Positions 18,723 through 31,551 of a stretch of DNA of 64,000 nt are shown here, piece after piece. How positions within the stretch are numbered: the first letter of the stretch is position 1; every line of letters starts with the position of its first letter. The DNA is taken from sequence record MW272540.1; one strand, given 5' to 3'. The notes beneath the pieces were generated by a model. The model was not told the DNA's origin, searched no databases, and saw nothing but the letters and a program-made list of their open reading frames with translations. The position numbers and the translations under genes were made by a program.

Positions 18723-19211
18723 TTATTCCCACCAGTCCAGAGACAGGATAATTTCGAACATTTCCACTTCGGAACCGGTATCCCAGTCCAAAGCCAGTTC
18801 TGAAATTTGGGTAGGCCAACATCCATAAACTGTGTAAGATCTGGTTCTATTCCCAGCACGGTCTAACTGATGTACGGTCGCTTCTTTCTTATAAACTGTA
18901 GGAACTTCACCGTTAATATTACGACCAAGGGATTGCGCAATATTTTGCCAATCGATAAATTGTTGGCGAGTATTGTGTTGAGTGTCGTTATATACAGTAA
19001 TAGTCCAGTCGTCGAAAGTCCGATCTCCAGCCAATTTCATTTTTTTGTTTTGATACCCTAAAACAACTGGTTCTACAGTTGCACCCGGCATCGAAGCCGC
19101 TTTACATTTAAAGCGTAGGTCTTGACCCATGAAAGGGATCTCAACCTCAAACAAGTTAGGGCGAGCTAGGTCCCCCTGACTAAACGCTCTTGAAACGTCT
19201 GTTAAGTCCAT
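18723..19211 (-). CDS. gp19: Tail tube protein
   Basis: GDLARPNLFEV, AGDRTFDDWTIT, GCWPT..LDW. Confidence 0.95.
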   Translation of the reverse strand: MDLTDVSRAFSQGDLARPNLFEVEIPFMGQDLRFKCKAASMPGATVEPVVLGYQNKKMKLAGDRTFDDWTITVYNDTQHNTRQQFIDWQNIAQSLGRNINGEVPTVYKKEATVHQLDRAGNRTRSYTVYGCWPTQISELALDWDTGSEVEMFEIILSLDWWE

Positions 19212-19274
19212 TATTGAAAACCTCTTTAACTGATTTTATTTAGGGGTTGATTTTTCAACCCCTTTGTGTTTTAA

Positions 19275-21311
19275 TTAGTTCTGTACACCGACCAGTTCAT
19301 CAAAGTTTGCTGATGTTGCAGTTGCTGCAAATGTCAGGCTTACATAGTTGATAGAACGTGCTGGTTTAATCAGGATGGTTGCTACAAACTCATTGCGATC
19401 AATAACGGCTGGTGTGTTGTTTGTTTCGTCACAAACAACCCGGAAGTCATAGATACCACCAAGAGATTTGATAGAATCCAGATAGGCATTAACTTCACTG
19501 CGGAAAGACGAACGAGTAAACGCATCGTTATTCTCAAACAGTTTGTATTTTGCACTTTCTGTGATAGACTTCTTCAGAAGGTTAAACAACCGACGAACGT
19601 TAATACGGTCGAATGGTGTTGGGGCAAGACTCATGGTCTTATCACCATAAAGGATAAATCCTTGACCGGGGAAACCTACAATCGGGTTAATACTGTTCTG
19701 GTACAGCTCATCACGGTGTGATTGGCGAGTTTCAATAGCTAGTTTGCGAACGTCGAGGATCTGACCACGGTTGAATCCAGCCGGGGACATCCAAGGTTGC
19801 GAAACTGTGTCAGTACGTGCGCACAGACCAGCCAAATCAGCACTAAGCGGAATCCAGCGGTTTGTATCGTTGTATTTATCATACTGAAGCTTATAGTTAC
19901 CACCACATGAACTATAGGTAGTACCCACGTTCATATTGTCATCGACAACAGCACCAGATGAAGTTACACCACGACGCCATTCAACAATCTTACTGACTGC
20001 GGTTGCAACCGGGAGATTGATCATATATTCGCGTGGTGGGCTGATCCAACCTAAACAATCTTGACGCTCATCACAAATTGCAGCTACGGATTTTTGTACA
20101 GTAGAGGCAATAGCTACACCCTCACCCGCACATGTACCGGCGATAAACAGGTTTACGTCTACGTGTTCACGGTCTGCAAATAAATCCCATCCAGTAATCC
20201 AATCACCAGCAGATGCAGCTTCGTTACCACTTGCACCACCACCGAATGTTAGGATCCCTGAGTATTCTGCGGGCCAGCTTTCAGCAACACCTTGAATAAA
20301 GGTAGAGTACCCATTGATGAAGAATTCATCAACATAGATACTAGAACCGTAAATGTCTCTATCCCCTTCCTTAGTAGAAAGTACACGAGATTCAACAGCA
20401 GAACCACCCAAGAAAACAATCATTGCGAACTGGTCTTTGGTTTGTGGTCCATACTCCAAATATGAACTTGGGGTAATATTACCAAAACTCGAACCACTCG
20501 GGAAAGTTTTAAGGTTTACTGTTTTTACAGTTGTCGGTTTTCCATCAGTTCCGAAATTATAATAATCTTTATATGCGATAAAAGCAACTTGCAGATTATC
20601 ACCTTTCTGACCAGCATAACGAGAAGCGACTACCGGGATACCATAACTTTCACACATATCAATATATGTGTCCGAGTTTTCATCCCTACGTAACAGGGCT
20701 TCCCGCGCATATTCATCATTACGGATGTAAATTTCACTATCTTGACGAATACCATTCAGCACTGCGGTTGCAGATTGTCCGCTACCCGGACCGCCAGATG
20801 AAAATTGGATCTGCCAACCATTCTGAAGTGCAGGATAATCGTTTAATTCTTTTGCTTTAGCCACAACTTCGGCAGTAGAGAATTTAACAAAAGTAACACC
20901 ACCAACAGAGTTAAGAGCGGAAACTTTACCAGTTGTAATAGTAGTCCCGTTTTGAAGGATCTTAACATCATCACCGATACGATAATCAACACCCGGAGAT
21001 GTAATTGTATAATCGATTGTTTGGAAGAATGGACTTGAATTTCGGGCAGTATCTTCATCCAGAATACGCACTGTACGGAGATCGTTACCGTATTTTAAAA
21101 AGTTGATAGCACTCAACACGCTATCAGCGGTTTGATTATCTGGGCGACCAAATCGATCTATAAGATCGGTCTCAGAAACAATCTGAGCGATTTGATATGC
21201 AGGCCCCCACTGGAATTTACCAGCTAGGGCAGCCCGACCAGTGCTAGATCGGGCAATAGTTGTCTGCATATTAATCTCTTTGGCTTCTACACCCGGAGAG
21301 AGTAATGTCAT
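19275..21311 (-). CDS. gp18: Tail sheath protein
   Basis: MTLLSPGVEAKE, AGFNRG, FDRINVRRLF, KPARSINY. Confidence 0.97.
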   Translation of the reverse strand: MTLLSPGVEAKEINMQTTIARSSTGRAALAGKFQWGPAYQIAQIVSETDLIDRFGRPDNQTADSVLSAINFLKYGNDLRTVRILDEDTARNSSPFFQTIDYTITSPGVDYRIGDDVKILQNGTTITTGKVSALNSVGGVTFVKFSTAEVVAKAKELNDYPALQNGWQIQFSSGGPGSGQSATAVLNGIRQDSEIYIRNDEYAREALLRRDENSDTYIDMCESYGIPVVASRYAGQKGDNLQVAFIAYKDYYNFGTDGKPTTVKTVNLKTFPSGSSFGNITPSSYLEYGPQTKDQFAMIVFLGGSAVESRVLSTKEGDRDIYGSSIYVDEFFINGYSTFIQGVAESWPAEYSGILTFGGGASGNEAASAGDWITGWDLFADREHVDVNLFIAGTCAGEGVAIASTVQKSVAAICDERQDCLGWISPPREYMINLPVATAVSKIVEWRRGVTSSGAVVDDNMNVGTTYSSCGGNYKLQYDKYNDTNRWIPLSADLAGLCARTDTVSQPWMSPAGFNRGQILDVRKLAIETRQSHRDELYQNSINPIVGFPGQGFILYGDKTMSLAPTPFDRINVRRLFNLLKKSITESAKYKLFENNDAFTRSSFRSEVNAYLDSIKSLGGIYDFRVVCDETNNTPAVIDRNEFVATILIKPARSINYVSLTFAATATSANFDELVGVQN

Positions 21312-21323
21312 TTTATTTTCCTT

Positions 21324-23568
<2,245 letters not shown>

Positions 23569-23569
<1 letters not shown>

Positions 23570-24075
23570 TAAGAAACCTCTTCACTTTCACCATCAATAA
23601 TTAATGATTTTGCCTGTGTCTGGGTTCCTTCCTTCATCATTAATTCAGAAGGGGTCCCAACGAATACCGTGGCGTTTTCAATATTCATGGATGGTTGTTC
23701 TTTAGGTGTTTCTGTATTAGCTTTTGTTTTTTCAGATGTGATAGCATCCATTTCTTTATGGATTTTCAAAATCTCTTTTGTATTTGATGTCATTGCTGCC
23801 ATCAGCTGAACAAATGAATTTAATTGATTTGGACTTTCTGAGTTTTTTGCATTTTCTAATGCAATAGCTGCCATTGCCATCATCATTTGTTGTTGCTGAT
23901 TAATAGATTGCCTAGCGAAACTATAATCATCTTGTAAGTCTTGCGCTCGGTTAGCCGGGTTAGAAACAACCTCTTTTAATACAGTTGGTTCATATACGAC
24001 TGGCATAGAATTTTCGTCAAATACTGGCAATCCAGAAACATCTAAGAGATTTTTCATGTTTAGTTCATCACTCAT
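23569..24075 (-). CDS. gp16: Terminase small subunit
   Basis: NPANRAQDLQDDY..AR, ESP, ILKIHKEM, NIENATVFVGTPSELM. Confidence 0.93.
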
Positions 24076-24890
24076 GTTAAATTCTCTCTTGGTTTTGGTG
24101 GATTCGGATCTACCGGAATTGGAATACCTTCTGACCGGGTTTCAATATAAGTCCCATCCCATGTATTTGGTGTACTATCCAAAGGAACAACTTGGAGGTC
24201 GTCTGATTCATATAGGTCTTTTGGTAGTTGTTTTGTATTACCCCAAAAATCTATATATGAAGTTTTAATCTCGCCCTTCAGATCGGAGAAATTTGCATAC
24301 ATCCATCCATCAACTTCAAAAACTAAAGTCCATTCCAATCTACGTCTTTCTCCTTTATCACCTTCTAGGTCTTCTGCCATAATCACAGACTGTAGAGTTA
24401 TTTGAATATCTCTATCAATCGGTGTCAATTTATCGTGAAGTTCGGTAATTCGACATACAAAATTGGGTTGAAAATATGGAAGGATCTGTTCTATAATTGT
24501 GTGCATATCGGTCTCGAATCGAGTGAATATGCTAACCTCAAACATCATTTTCCATGGTACTGGGTTATAGATAAGATACGTTTTATTGTTTTTATCTGAA
24601 GCCTGCCTAACTGTCATACCGGTTTTCATCTGTTCGTTATAGATCATATCAACCATCTGAACACCGATACGGGGTAGAATAGTCTCCGCTCTTGCAACGT
24701 CACCATCTGACATGTTACTAAATGCGTTATTTATTTTAGCGATAAATCTTTCTTTAGATGCATAGGTGATAGGGACCTTATTATAGTATTTTTTACCATC
24801 ACGTTCTCTTTCTACCTGAACACCGCTCAATAGGTCCATTAGTAGAATAATATATCTACGGATAGAGCTATTATAGTAATAACCAAACAT
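24072..24890 (-). CDS. gp15: Tail sheath stabilizer/terminator
   Basis: MFGYYYNSSIRRYI, VPITYASKE, EQILPYFQP. Confidence 0.93.
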   Translation of the reverse strand: MFGYYYNSSIRRYIILLMDLLSGVQVERERDGKKYYNKVPITYASKERFIAKINNAFSNMSDGDVARAETILPRIGVQMVDMIYNEQMKTGMTVRQASDKNNKTYLIYNPVPWKMMFEVSIFTRFETDMHTIIEQILPYFQPNFVCRITELHDKLTPIDRDIQITLQSVIMAEDLEGDKGERRRLEWTLVFEVDGWMYANFSDLKGEIKTSYIDFWGNTKQLPKDLYESDDLQVVPLDSTPNTWDGTYIETRSEGIPIPVDPNPPKPRENLT

Positions 24891-24935
24891 TTCAATCTCC
24901 TTTTATTATATTTAGGGGGGTATTACCCCCCATAA

Positions 24936-25742
24936 TCAATCTATTCCACCAAAATCTTTAAACGGGTCTTCTTGGACGGTTGGGTCATTAAATGGATTAA
25001 ACGGTGCGGTTGCTTTCGGTGTACCTGTTCCGATAATCACGTCAAATTCGTCTACGAAACTATCCGCTTCATTAGCAACGAAGTCATCCTCTTCATATTC
25101 GATGATAGAAGTATCAACCCGTTTATCTAAATTACGAACTTTATCAAGACCACTCTCGTTACCAAGAATAAAAGATGTTGGATCGAAATCTGGTTGGATT
25201 TCTTCTCCGGAATATATGAATTTTTGTGCAGTAATTTTATATTGGGTTTCTTGTCCATTTTGGTAAAACGGATTATTGGGCTCAACCCAAGTAATTTCAA
25301 ATATTGCATTATTCATTGGGAAATATATCAAGTCACCTTCTCTAGCTTTTTCTCCATCCCCCTGACGGTTAAACAACTCAGGAGAAATAGTAAATTCCGC
25401 CTCGTCGTTTACACTCATCCCGAATTTTGAGAAGAATTCTTGTCTTCCTTGATAACCCTCGAAAGTGTCCAAATACATTGCAACCTTGAAAGCATTATTG
25501 AACTTAGATTGCATATCTTCACCAAATAATAAGTCTAGTTTAACCAATTCTCGGCGAATATAAAAAACTTCAACCCCTTTCATTTGTACTGATTCAGATA
25601 CCAAATGTCTAGCAAACGCTTGTGAATATCCATAGGCGTAATTATTGACATATGGATTCAAAACATGCTTTTTATTTGTGTTGTCTTCGTATCCTGATCC
25701 ATCTTCTAATCGAGCAAATAAATTTTCGTCAAACATTATCAT
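24936..25742 (-). CDS. gp14: Neck protein
   Basis: LFARLE, LNPYVN, EGDLIYFPMNN, KFIYSGE. Confidence 0.92.
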   Translation of the reverse strand: MIMFDENLFARLEDGSGYEDNTNKKHVLNPYVNNYAYGYSQAFARHLVSESVQMKGVEVFYIRRELVKLDLLFGEDMQSKFNNAFKVAMYLDTFEGYQGRQEFFSKFGMSVNDEAEFTISPELFNRQGDGEKAREGDLIYFPMNNAIFEITWVEPNNPFYQNGQETQYKITAQKFIYSGEEIQPDFDPTSFILGNESGLDKVRNLDKRVDTSIIEYEEDDFVANEADSFVDEFDVIIGTGTPKATAPFNPFNDPTVQEDPFKDFGGID

Positions 25743-26659
25743 TACCCCATAATAATTGGATCTGGACCAGACAGGGAAAGTAATTCCAATCTGAGTTTTT
25801 CAATTTCTTCTCTTGCTTCTTGGATTAGTCTAACCCCATCAACAGTAACACCCCCCGGAAGTTGCATACCTTGATGTTTAGCCATGATATTTCCCCAAAC
25901 TTCCTTGACTAGGGCGGTGGACATATCTTTAATCCAACGGTTGTTATACACCTTCTGGTCTGGGAATTCGTGTCGAGCTTCACCAATCACCCACTGTGGG
26001 AGTTTCTTATACGGATTAGCCCATTCCTGTTCATTGGTACTAACAGCTGCACCAGAACCAATAGGGGTCATGCTACCAATGTTGTTATACCCAAATTCGT
26101 CTAGATCGACGAAGTTTTGAATGTAAACTTCGAGAATAAGAATATCCCCTTTTTTAAAGTTTTTCCCGGCAACCTGAAGCATTCCGGATTTTGTATCAAA
26201 ATCATATTCTGGAAGTGGGTCTAGCTGGTCTTGAAGCATTTTTTGGTAAGAGCTAAATTGAGCAAAATAACCAACTGACCCAAAAGTACCAAATGGGCTA
26301 GGGCCATGGTAACAAGTACCACCACCAAGACTCATGATGAAGCTAGTAAACCAGTTCAGAGGAACACCACCACCAAGAAGAGTCATATTCCCAACCTGAC
26401 TACGTAGAATTCTAGTAACCGCAAAAATTGGATATTCGCTTAGATCAATATACCCGGTATTTGCTTGGTCTTCTGTCATTACGCAAGTAATAAAAGCCCG
26501 ATTCAATGCGTCATAGTGGTAATCTTTATAAAGCTCCAAAGCCCGACCAATGGAATCATATATCTGAGTTTCTGTTACTTCAATATTGATAATAGGCGCA
26601 CCAAGACGACGTAAAATATTATCTTTTAATTCTTTGGGGTTATTACAAGTATTATACAT
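25742..26659 (-). CDS. gp13: Neck protein
   Basis: NPKELKDNILRRLGAPIINIEV, YNNRWIKD, QLPGGVTVDG. Confidence 0.93.
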   Translation of the reverse strand: MYNTCNNPKELKDNILRRLGAPIINIEVTETQIYDSIGRALELYKDYHYDALNRAFITCVMTEDQANTGYIDLSEYPIFAVTRILRSQVGNMTLLGGGVPLNWFTSFIMSLGGGTCYHGPSPFGTFGSVGYFAQFSSYQKMLQDQLDPLPEYDFDTKSGMLQVAGKNFKKGDILILEVYIQNFVDLDEFGYNNIGSMTPIGSGAAVSTNEQEWANPYKKLPQWVIGEARHEFPDQKVYNNRWIKDMSTALVKEVWGNIMAKHQGMQLPGGVTVDGVRLIQEAREEIEKLRLELLSLSGPDPIIMG

Positions 26660-26693
26660 ATTCGTTTCCTTATCTTATAAACGTATTTAGAGA

Positions 26694-26728
26694 AAAGCCC
26701 CAACACGAAAAACGAGTCGGGGCTTTTT
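26694..26728. terminator. Rho-independent terminator
   Basis: AAAAGCCCC..GGGGCTTTTT downstream of the wac operon. Confidence 0.7.
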
Positions 26729-26729
26729 A

Positions 26730-26873
26730 TTAAGTTTCCTTGTTCTTATTATTTTCAATGTCTTCCTTATTCTTTTCTTGTTTTTTGGTAATGGCTTCCG
26801 CCAGCGCCTTTAACAATTGAGACAGGATTTCAAGTCCGATAGTTCTAAAGAACAAGAGTACCGCAGTTTGCAT
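26730..26873 (-). CDS. Small protein, 47 aa (not in ORF track)
   Basis: MQTAVLLFFRTIGLEILSQLLKALAEAITKKQEKNKEDIENNKNKET; GAAAGGGG SD. Confidence 0.55.
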   Translation of the reverse strand: MQTAVLLFFRTIGLEILSQLLKALAEAITKKQEKNKEDIENNKNKET

Positions 26874-26887
26874 TATATAACCCCTTT

Positions 26888-28387
26888 CTATACTATTTGT
26901 ATCCTTGTAGATCGGGTAACAACTTGACCATACGAGTTGCTATACGTTGCGAAATAGAAAATCGTTGTATCTAGTGTGCTTGTTACAGGTACAGAAAGAT
27001 TCGGAGTTGACCCAAGGACTACGCCCCTAGAATTTTTCCAAACTACACTAGTGTATCTATCACAATTTGTTTCAATTACAACTGTTGACCCTACCGATGC
27101 TTCGTATAAAACATTTGGCTGTAATGTTATTTTTGGTGCAACCGTACTCCACCAAGTTATAGAGCCAACTATATCAAGGGTTAAGAGTCCGTCAGATGAC
27201 GTCAGTTTGTTGTTTCCATTATTTGAAATGTTAAACAGATAACTTTGGTCATCCATGAAAATTTCAAACTGTTCTACAGTAATACCGTTGTTATTTAGAC
27301 CGAAAACGGTATCCACACCGTTACTAAGACTAAGATATGGTTCGTTTATCCGAGTGGATATTTCGCCGTTTATATATAGCCTTATATTTTGAGCAAATCC
27401 ATTACTCACATCATACCAAACCGCAACCCCAATACTATTATTTCTTGGTAATGCAGCTTTTAATTTTTTCTTATGATATACACCATCTGGTGTTCTAACC
27501 CAAAAATCATTGTTTACGAGGTCGATACCAATACCAACATTGACCCCACCAACGTCCTTAGACGCGATTATAAGCTCGGTTGCGTTATTACCCAATACAA
27601 GGGCACCGGATATCTTGTGTGATTTGTTAGCGACCATTAGAGAGCCCGCAGAGCGAAACCCTGCATTGGTGTTTAAGATCACCGCTTCATTGGTCAAAAT
27701 TAATGGAGTTGGTTGATAATCTATCACCTTATTTGTTTGGGTTACTTGTGGTGAATCGAAAGAAAAATCCCCGTTTGTATTATATCTAACACCCACACCA
27801 AAGTTGAACTGTATTAAACAATCCACTTTAGCTACAAACGTAGAATATATTTGTGTTCTTGTATCCCCGATATTTGGGTTTGTTTCAAACGCTTTTGTTA
27901 TAGTCAGATAATCAGCAACGTTTCCGCCGTTATCCATATAAATATCTGCCAATACTCCACTATGTACGGTAGTTTGGTTATTATTTTTGACCATAACACT
28001 TGCAGTGTAGACTTTCCCAGCTTTTAGAGATATTCGTGTCTGAAAAAACATTCGACTATTGACAGTTCGGAATGTATATCCCTTAGTATTTTCACTATCT
28101 TGGTTGAAGCTTATTGCAAATGCGTTATTTCCTGTACTAGGAGAATTATTATAAACTGTATAGGTAGGAGGAACGTTACCAATCTTCGTACCATCAGAAT
28201 AATAATAAAGGTCCGTTCCGTTCAGCATCCGACTATTCGCTAACAGGTTTTCATCACCAAGATCATAGGCTCTATGCCAAGCACCATTAGAAAACACCCA
28301 AGGTACAGATTTATGCCAATTATTGTTGCTTTTAACGGATGGGATGGCGTTATGCGCCACCCCATTTTTATACACTTTGTTAGACAT
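26888..28387 (-). CDS. Putative virion adhesin (W-rich N-terminus, CBM-like, LamG-like and Ig-like segments)
   Basis: Follows wac; NLLANS, RLYING, C-terminal PKITLQP..VVW..Y..TYSN.YG; beta-rich throughout. Confidence 0.55.
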   Translation of the reverse strand: MSNKVYKNGVAHNAIPSVKSNNNWHKSVPWVFSNGAWHRAYDLGDENLLANSRMLNGTDLYYYSDGTKIGNVPPTYTVYNNSPSTGNNAFAISFNQDSENTKGYTFRTVNSRMFFQTRISLKAGKVYTASVMVKNNNQTTVHSGVLADIYMDNGGNVADYLTITKAFETNPNIGDTRTQIYSTFVAKVDCLIQFNFGVGVRYNTNGDFSFDSPQVTQTNKVIDYQPTPLILTNEAVILNTNAGFRSAGSLMVANKSHKISGALVLGNNATELIIASKDVGGVNVGIGIDLVNNDFWVRTPDGVYHKKKLKAALPRNNSIGVAVWYDVSNGFAQNIRLYINGEISTRINEPYLSLSNGVDTVFGLNNNGITVEQFEIFMDDQSYLFNISNNGNNKLTSSDGLLTLDIVGSITWWSTVAPKITLQPNVLYEASVGSTVVIETNCDRYTSVVWKNSRGVVLGSTPNLSVPVTSTLDTTIFYFATYSNSYGQVVTRSTRIQIV

Positions 28388-28396
28388 TCGGTTACC

Positions 28397-31300
28397 TTAG
28401 TTGATGAACTCAAAGAACACATCACCCTCTTTAGGTGTGGCTGGCGCGTCAGTTGCAAAATCACCGTAGTAATATGCTCGGACCCACTGTCCACTTTGCC
28501 GCACATATTTGTTACCATCGTTAGGTGCTTCAAAACTTTGTGCAGTTAGCACTTTATCGTTATTGATAGTCACTTCTGTGGCAGAAATACGAGTTGGTAA
28601 GGTAGAATCACCTAAAGCAATATGTTTTTCTGTGTCTGGTTGTTCAATGCTAATAATATTCTTACTAACGTTATTTATAGTGGTTGATATACCAAAAGAT
28701 CTATTAGCACCAACTTCCGCTAGTTTAATAGTCGTTACTTTACCAGCCAATTCAACAAACACTCTTGAATCACCAATGGTCATCAACTTATCAGCACCAA
28801 CAGTATCTATTTTCGCAACGTTATATCCACCAATGATAAAATCACTATTCAGATTAACTGAAACGTCTTTATCCGGGTCGATACCGTCATGAATTAGAGT
28901 CCATTGTCCACCTTTACGTGCGTAGAAATTAGCGTCGTTCGGTGCGTCTATTGCATCAGTCCATACTCTAGAAGAGTTGACAGTCAAACTACCATAAACG
29001 TTAACTGGTTTCGGAGATGTAGCATCACCAATATTGATCCCGGTAGGGGATTTATATTCGATAAGGACACCGTTTGCTGTCGATATTTTACTATCCAACA
29101 GGAAATTAGAAACCGTACCACGGAGAGACAGTTTACCAGTATTAGCACCAATCTTAGTTGTTACTGTGGCTGCATCAACAGTCATTGCAGTAACTACACC
29201 ACCGTTTGTTCTAGCTAGAATGGATACGTTTTCTGCGAGTGTAAAATCTCTTTCACCAACTGCTTGCCAGAACCCAGTACCATCATCATTAACACGAACA
29301 TAAGGAAGTCCAGATTGTGGGGCATCGTCAATTCCACCAGTCCCACCACCACCATCTGTTACAACCATCCATTGGTTATTTTTACGTGCGTAAAAACTAC
29401 CATCTGCTGGTGCATCCATGCCTTGGTGCCAAACACGATATTTCTCAACACCGGGACCCTGTACATAGAAATCTTTCGCCAGAATGTTTGTGCAATTGGT
29501 ATCACCAAATATCAATGAATCGCTGGTGTTTGAAACTACACTGTAGTTAACCCCCATACCGACGTTCATCTTGATAGATGTACTCTGATCCATAATCAAG
29601 TTATCAATTTTACTAAGGAAAGAAATATTCGCATTAGACGAACCAAATTGAATTTTCCCACTAGTCAATTTAATAACATCAGCGCCAGCATATCCAATTT
29701 TAGCATCTTGTTCTAAAGTAAAACCTTTTTCTGGGTTGATATCTGTAATATAAGATTTATAGTTACCGATATGAAGAACATCATATTCATCAACACCGTT
29801 ACCAAATTTAAGCGCGTTTACATCCTTACCAATCAGAACAGTGTTTTTATCATTCTGTCCTAGTTTTACAGTTTGGTCTGTTGCCCCTAATAGGATTTTT
29901 CCGTATTTTCTAAGATCGGAGGTTGTATCTAAAGACAAGTTACCGATGATATCACCAACGATGCGAATTTTGGTAGCCCCAGTATGACCGAAGGTTGGGA
30001 TATAATTACCATCAGAACCGGTTGAATACGAAACAAGAGCCGTACCATCGATTGCAGTTATTTTTTTACTATCACCAACTACGAAGTTAGTTGTAAATAA
30101 ATCCCGCCAGAACCAGTTTGTACCATCAAATTCTCTAGACCACACAGCGCCAAGTTGTTGGCTTGATGGGTTTGATACATAACCAACACCGTTTTTATAT
30201 TCAGAATACATACCGTCGAACATTTCTTTCGCTGCACGATATACACCTTTTTTACGGAACTCTTCATCTGCTGGACTATTAGTACCTTCAACCTTCACAT
30301 AAAGACCGGTAGATGGGTTTCCTACGGTATTTTGAAGGTCTTCGATAGCAGTACGATATTCCACGTTAACAGTATCGGAGATACCAGATACCCGCCCATC
30401 CAAATTAGAGAAATGTTCGGCTTCTCGTTGGTCTATTTCTTTGACCTTTCCTTGCAAACCATCAAGTGGACTACCACCTAAAACTTGTTCGTTCTTAGAA
30501 ACGCGAATTCGGAGATCGTTAATTCGTCCCCATGCGGTTGTATCTAAGTTTGAATCACTTGCACTACCCAAAGAGCGGTGTAGGTCATCAGCCAAGTTTG
30601 AAGTCTGTTTAGACATGTTACCGATATAATCGATATCTTTTTTGGTATGGATTACATATTCATAAAGATTGGGAACGGTTACATATGTATCAGTTTCAAC
30701 GTCAATATATTGGAGAGGGAATTCACCATAACCGGTATGAATAGAAAGTTCCTCAACTAACGGGGTGTTTATTTCGTCGGCAAACTCTAACTTAGAAAGT
30801 CTACCATAAATTGTTCTTGTTGGGTCGTAATCGTCACCAAGTTCAATTCTAATCTGGTTTACTTCTTCTCTCAGGGATGCTGGGGTTGAGTCTTCCCACC
30901 ATTTTTCTAGTGATGTTACTCGGACATCCAGATTCACCCCAGTATTATAATTTCGTTCTACCTGACCTTTAACACCAGAAGCCAAAGTACCGGGGGATGG
31001 CATACCATCAATATCAAATCCAGAGTAGTTACCCAGCATTTGTTTGATGTGTAAGTCGTCCGCTCTTAAAGTTCTAAATCGCAATGAAGGATCGCCAACA
31101 CCGATATTATCGGAGATTGACCGGATCTGAGCGTCAAGAAGAATATCAGTTTCTTTAATAGTCGCGATTTCTTGATCGTGGGATGTTGCTTTTCCTTCTA
31201 ATACATCAACCCGCTCATATAGATCCATTCCGTCGCCAGAATTAATTATTTCATCGTGAACATTAACCTTATCAATTATTTCATTGACTTTGGTTAACAT

Positions 31301-31513
31301 TTTATCTTGGTTGAGATCAAGGATCTCAACGTTTTCCTCTATTTGAACGGAGGGGCGGTTTAAATTACCGCCCTTGTCTCCTACAATCAGAGGGTTTGCA
31401 CCTTCTGGATTCTCCCCGTTCTTTATCCAGTCCACTTGTTGTTGACCGGAACCAGCTGGCGGAATATCCGATTTGAACTTCAGATCATCCAGTGACGGTT
31501 TTATAATTGCCAT
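28397..31513 (-). CDS. wac: Fibritin/whisker protein, extended (1038 aa)
   Basis: N-terminal WIKNGE...NRPSVQ matches T4 Wac; coiled coil; foldon-like DAP.DG..YARK..QW repeats. Confidence 0.9.
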   Translation of the reverse strand: MAIIKPSLDDLKFKSDIPPAGSGQQQVDWIKNGENPEGANPLIVGDKGGNLNRPSVQIEENVEILDLNQDKMLTKVNEIIDKVNVHDEIINSGDGMDLYERVDVLEGKATSHDQEIATIKETDILLDAQIRSISDNIGVGDPSLRFRTLRADDLHIKQMLGNYSGFDIDGMPSPGTLASGVKGQVERNYNTGVNLDVRVTSLEKWWEDSTPASLREEVNQIRIELGDDYDPTRTIYGRLSKLEFADEINTPLVEELSIHTGYGEFPLQYIDVETDTYVTVPNLYEYVIHTKKDIDYIGNMSKQTSNLADDLHRSLGSASDSNLDTTAWGRINDLRIRVSKNEQVLGGSPLDGLQGKVKEIDQREAEHFSNLDGRVSGISDTVNVEYRTAIEDLQNTVGNPSTGLYVKVEGTNSPADEEFRKKGVYRAAKEMFDGMYSEYKNGVGYVSNPSSQQLGAVWSREFDGTNWFWRDLFTTNFVVGDSKKITAIDGTALVSYSTGSDGNYIPTFGHTGATKIRIVGDIIGNLSLDTTSDLRKYGKILLGATDQTVKLGQNDKNTVLIGKDVNALKFGNGVDEYDVLHIGNYKSYITDINPEKGFTLEQDAKIGYAGADVIKLTSGKIQFGSSNANISFLSKIDNLIMDQSTSIKMNVGMGVNYSVVSNTSDSLIFGDTNCTNILAKDFYVQGPGVEKYRVWHQGMDAPADGSFYARKNNQWMVVTDGGGGTGGIDDAPQSGLPYVRVNDDGTGFWQAVGERDFTLAENVSILARTNGGVVTAMTVDAATVTTKIGANTGKLSLRGTVSNFLLDSKISTANGVLIEYKSPTGINIGDATSPKPVNVYGSLTVNSSRVWTDAIDAPNDANFYARKGGQWTLIHDGIDPDKDVSVNLNSDFIIGGYNVAKIDTVGADKLMTIGDSRVFVELAGKVTTIKLAEVGANRSFGISTTINNVSKNIISIEQPDTEKHIALGDSTLPTRISATEVTINNDKVLTAQSFEAPNDGNKYVRQSGQWVRAYYYGDFATDAPATPKEGDVFFEFIN

Positions 31514-31551
31514 TACCTAGTACCCCAATTGTGAAAGTTATATATCTGTAT

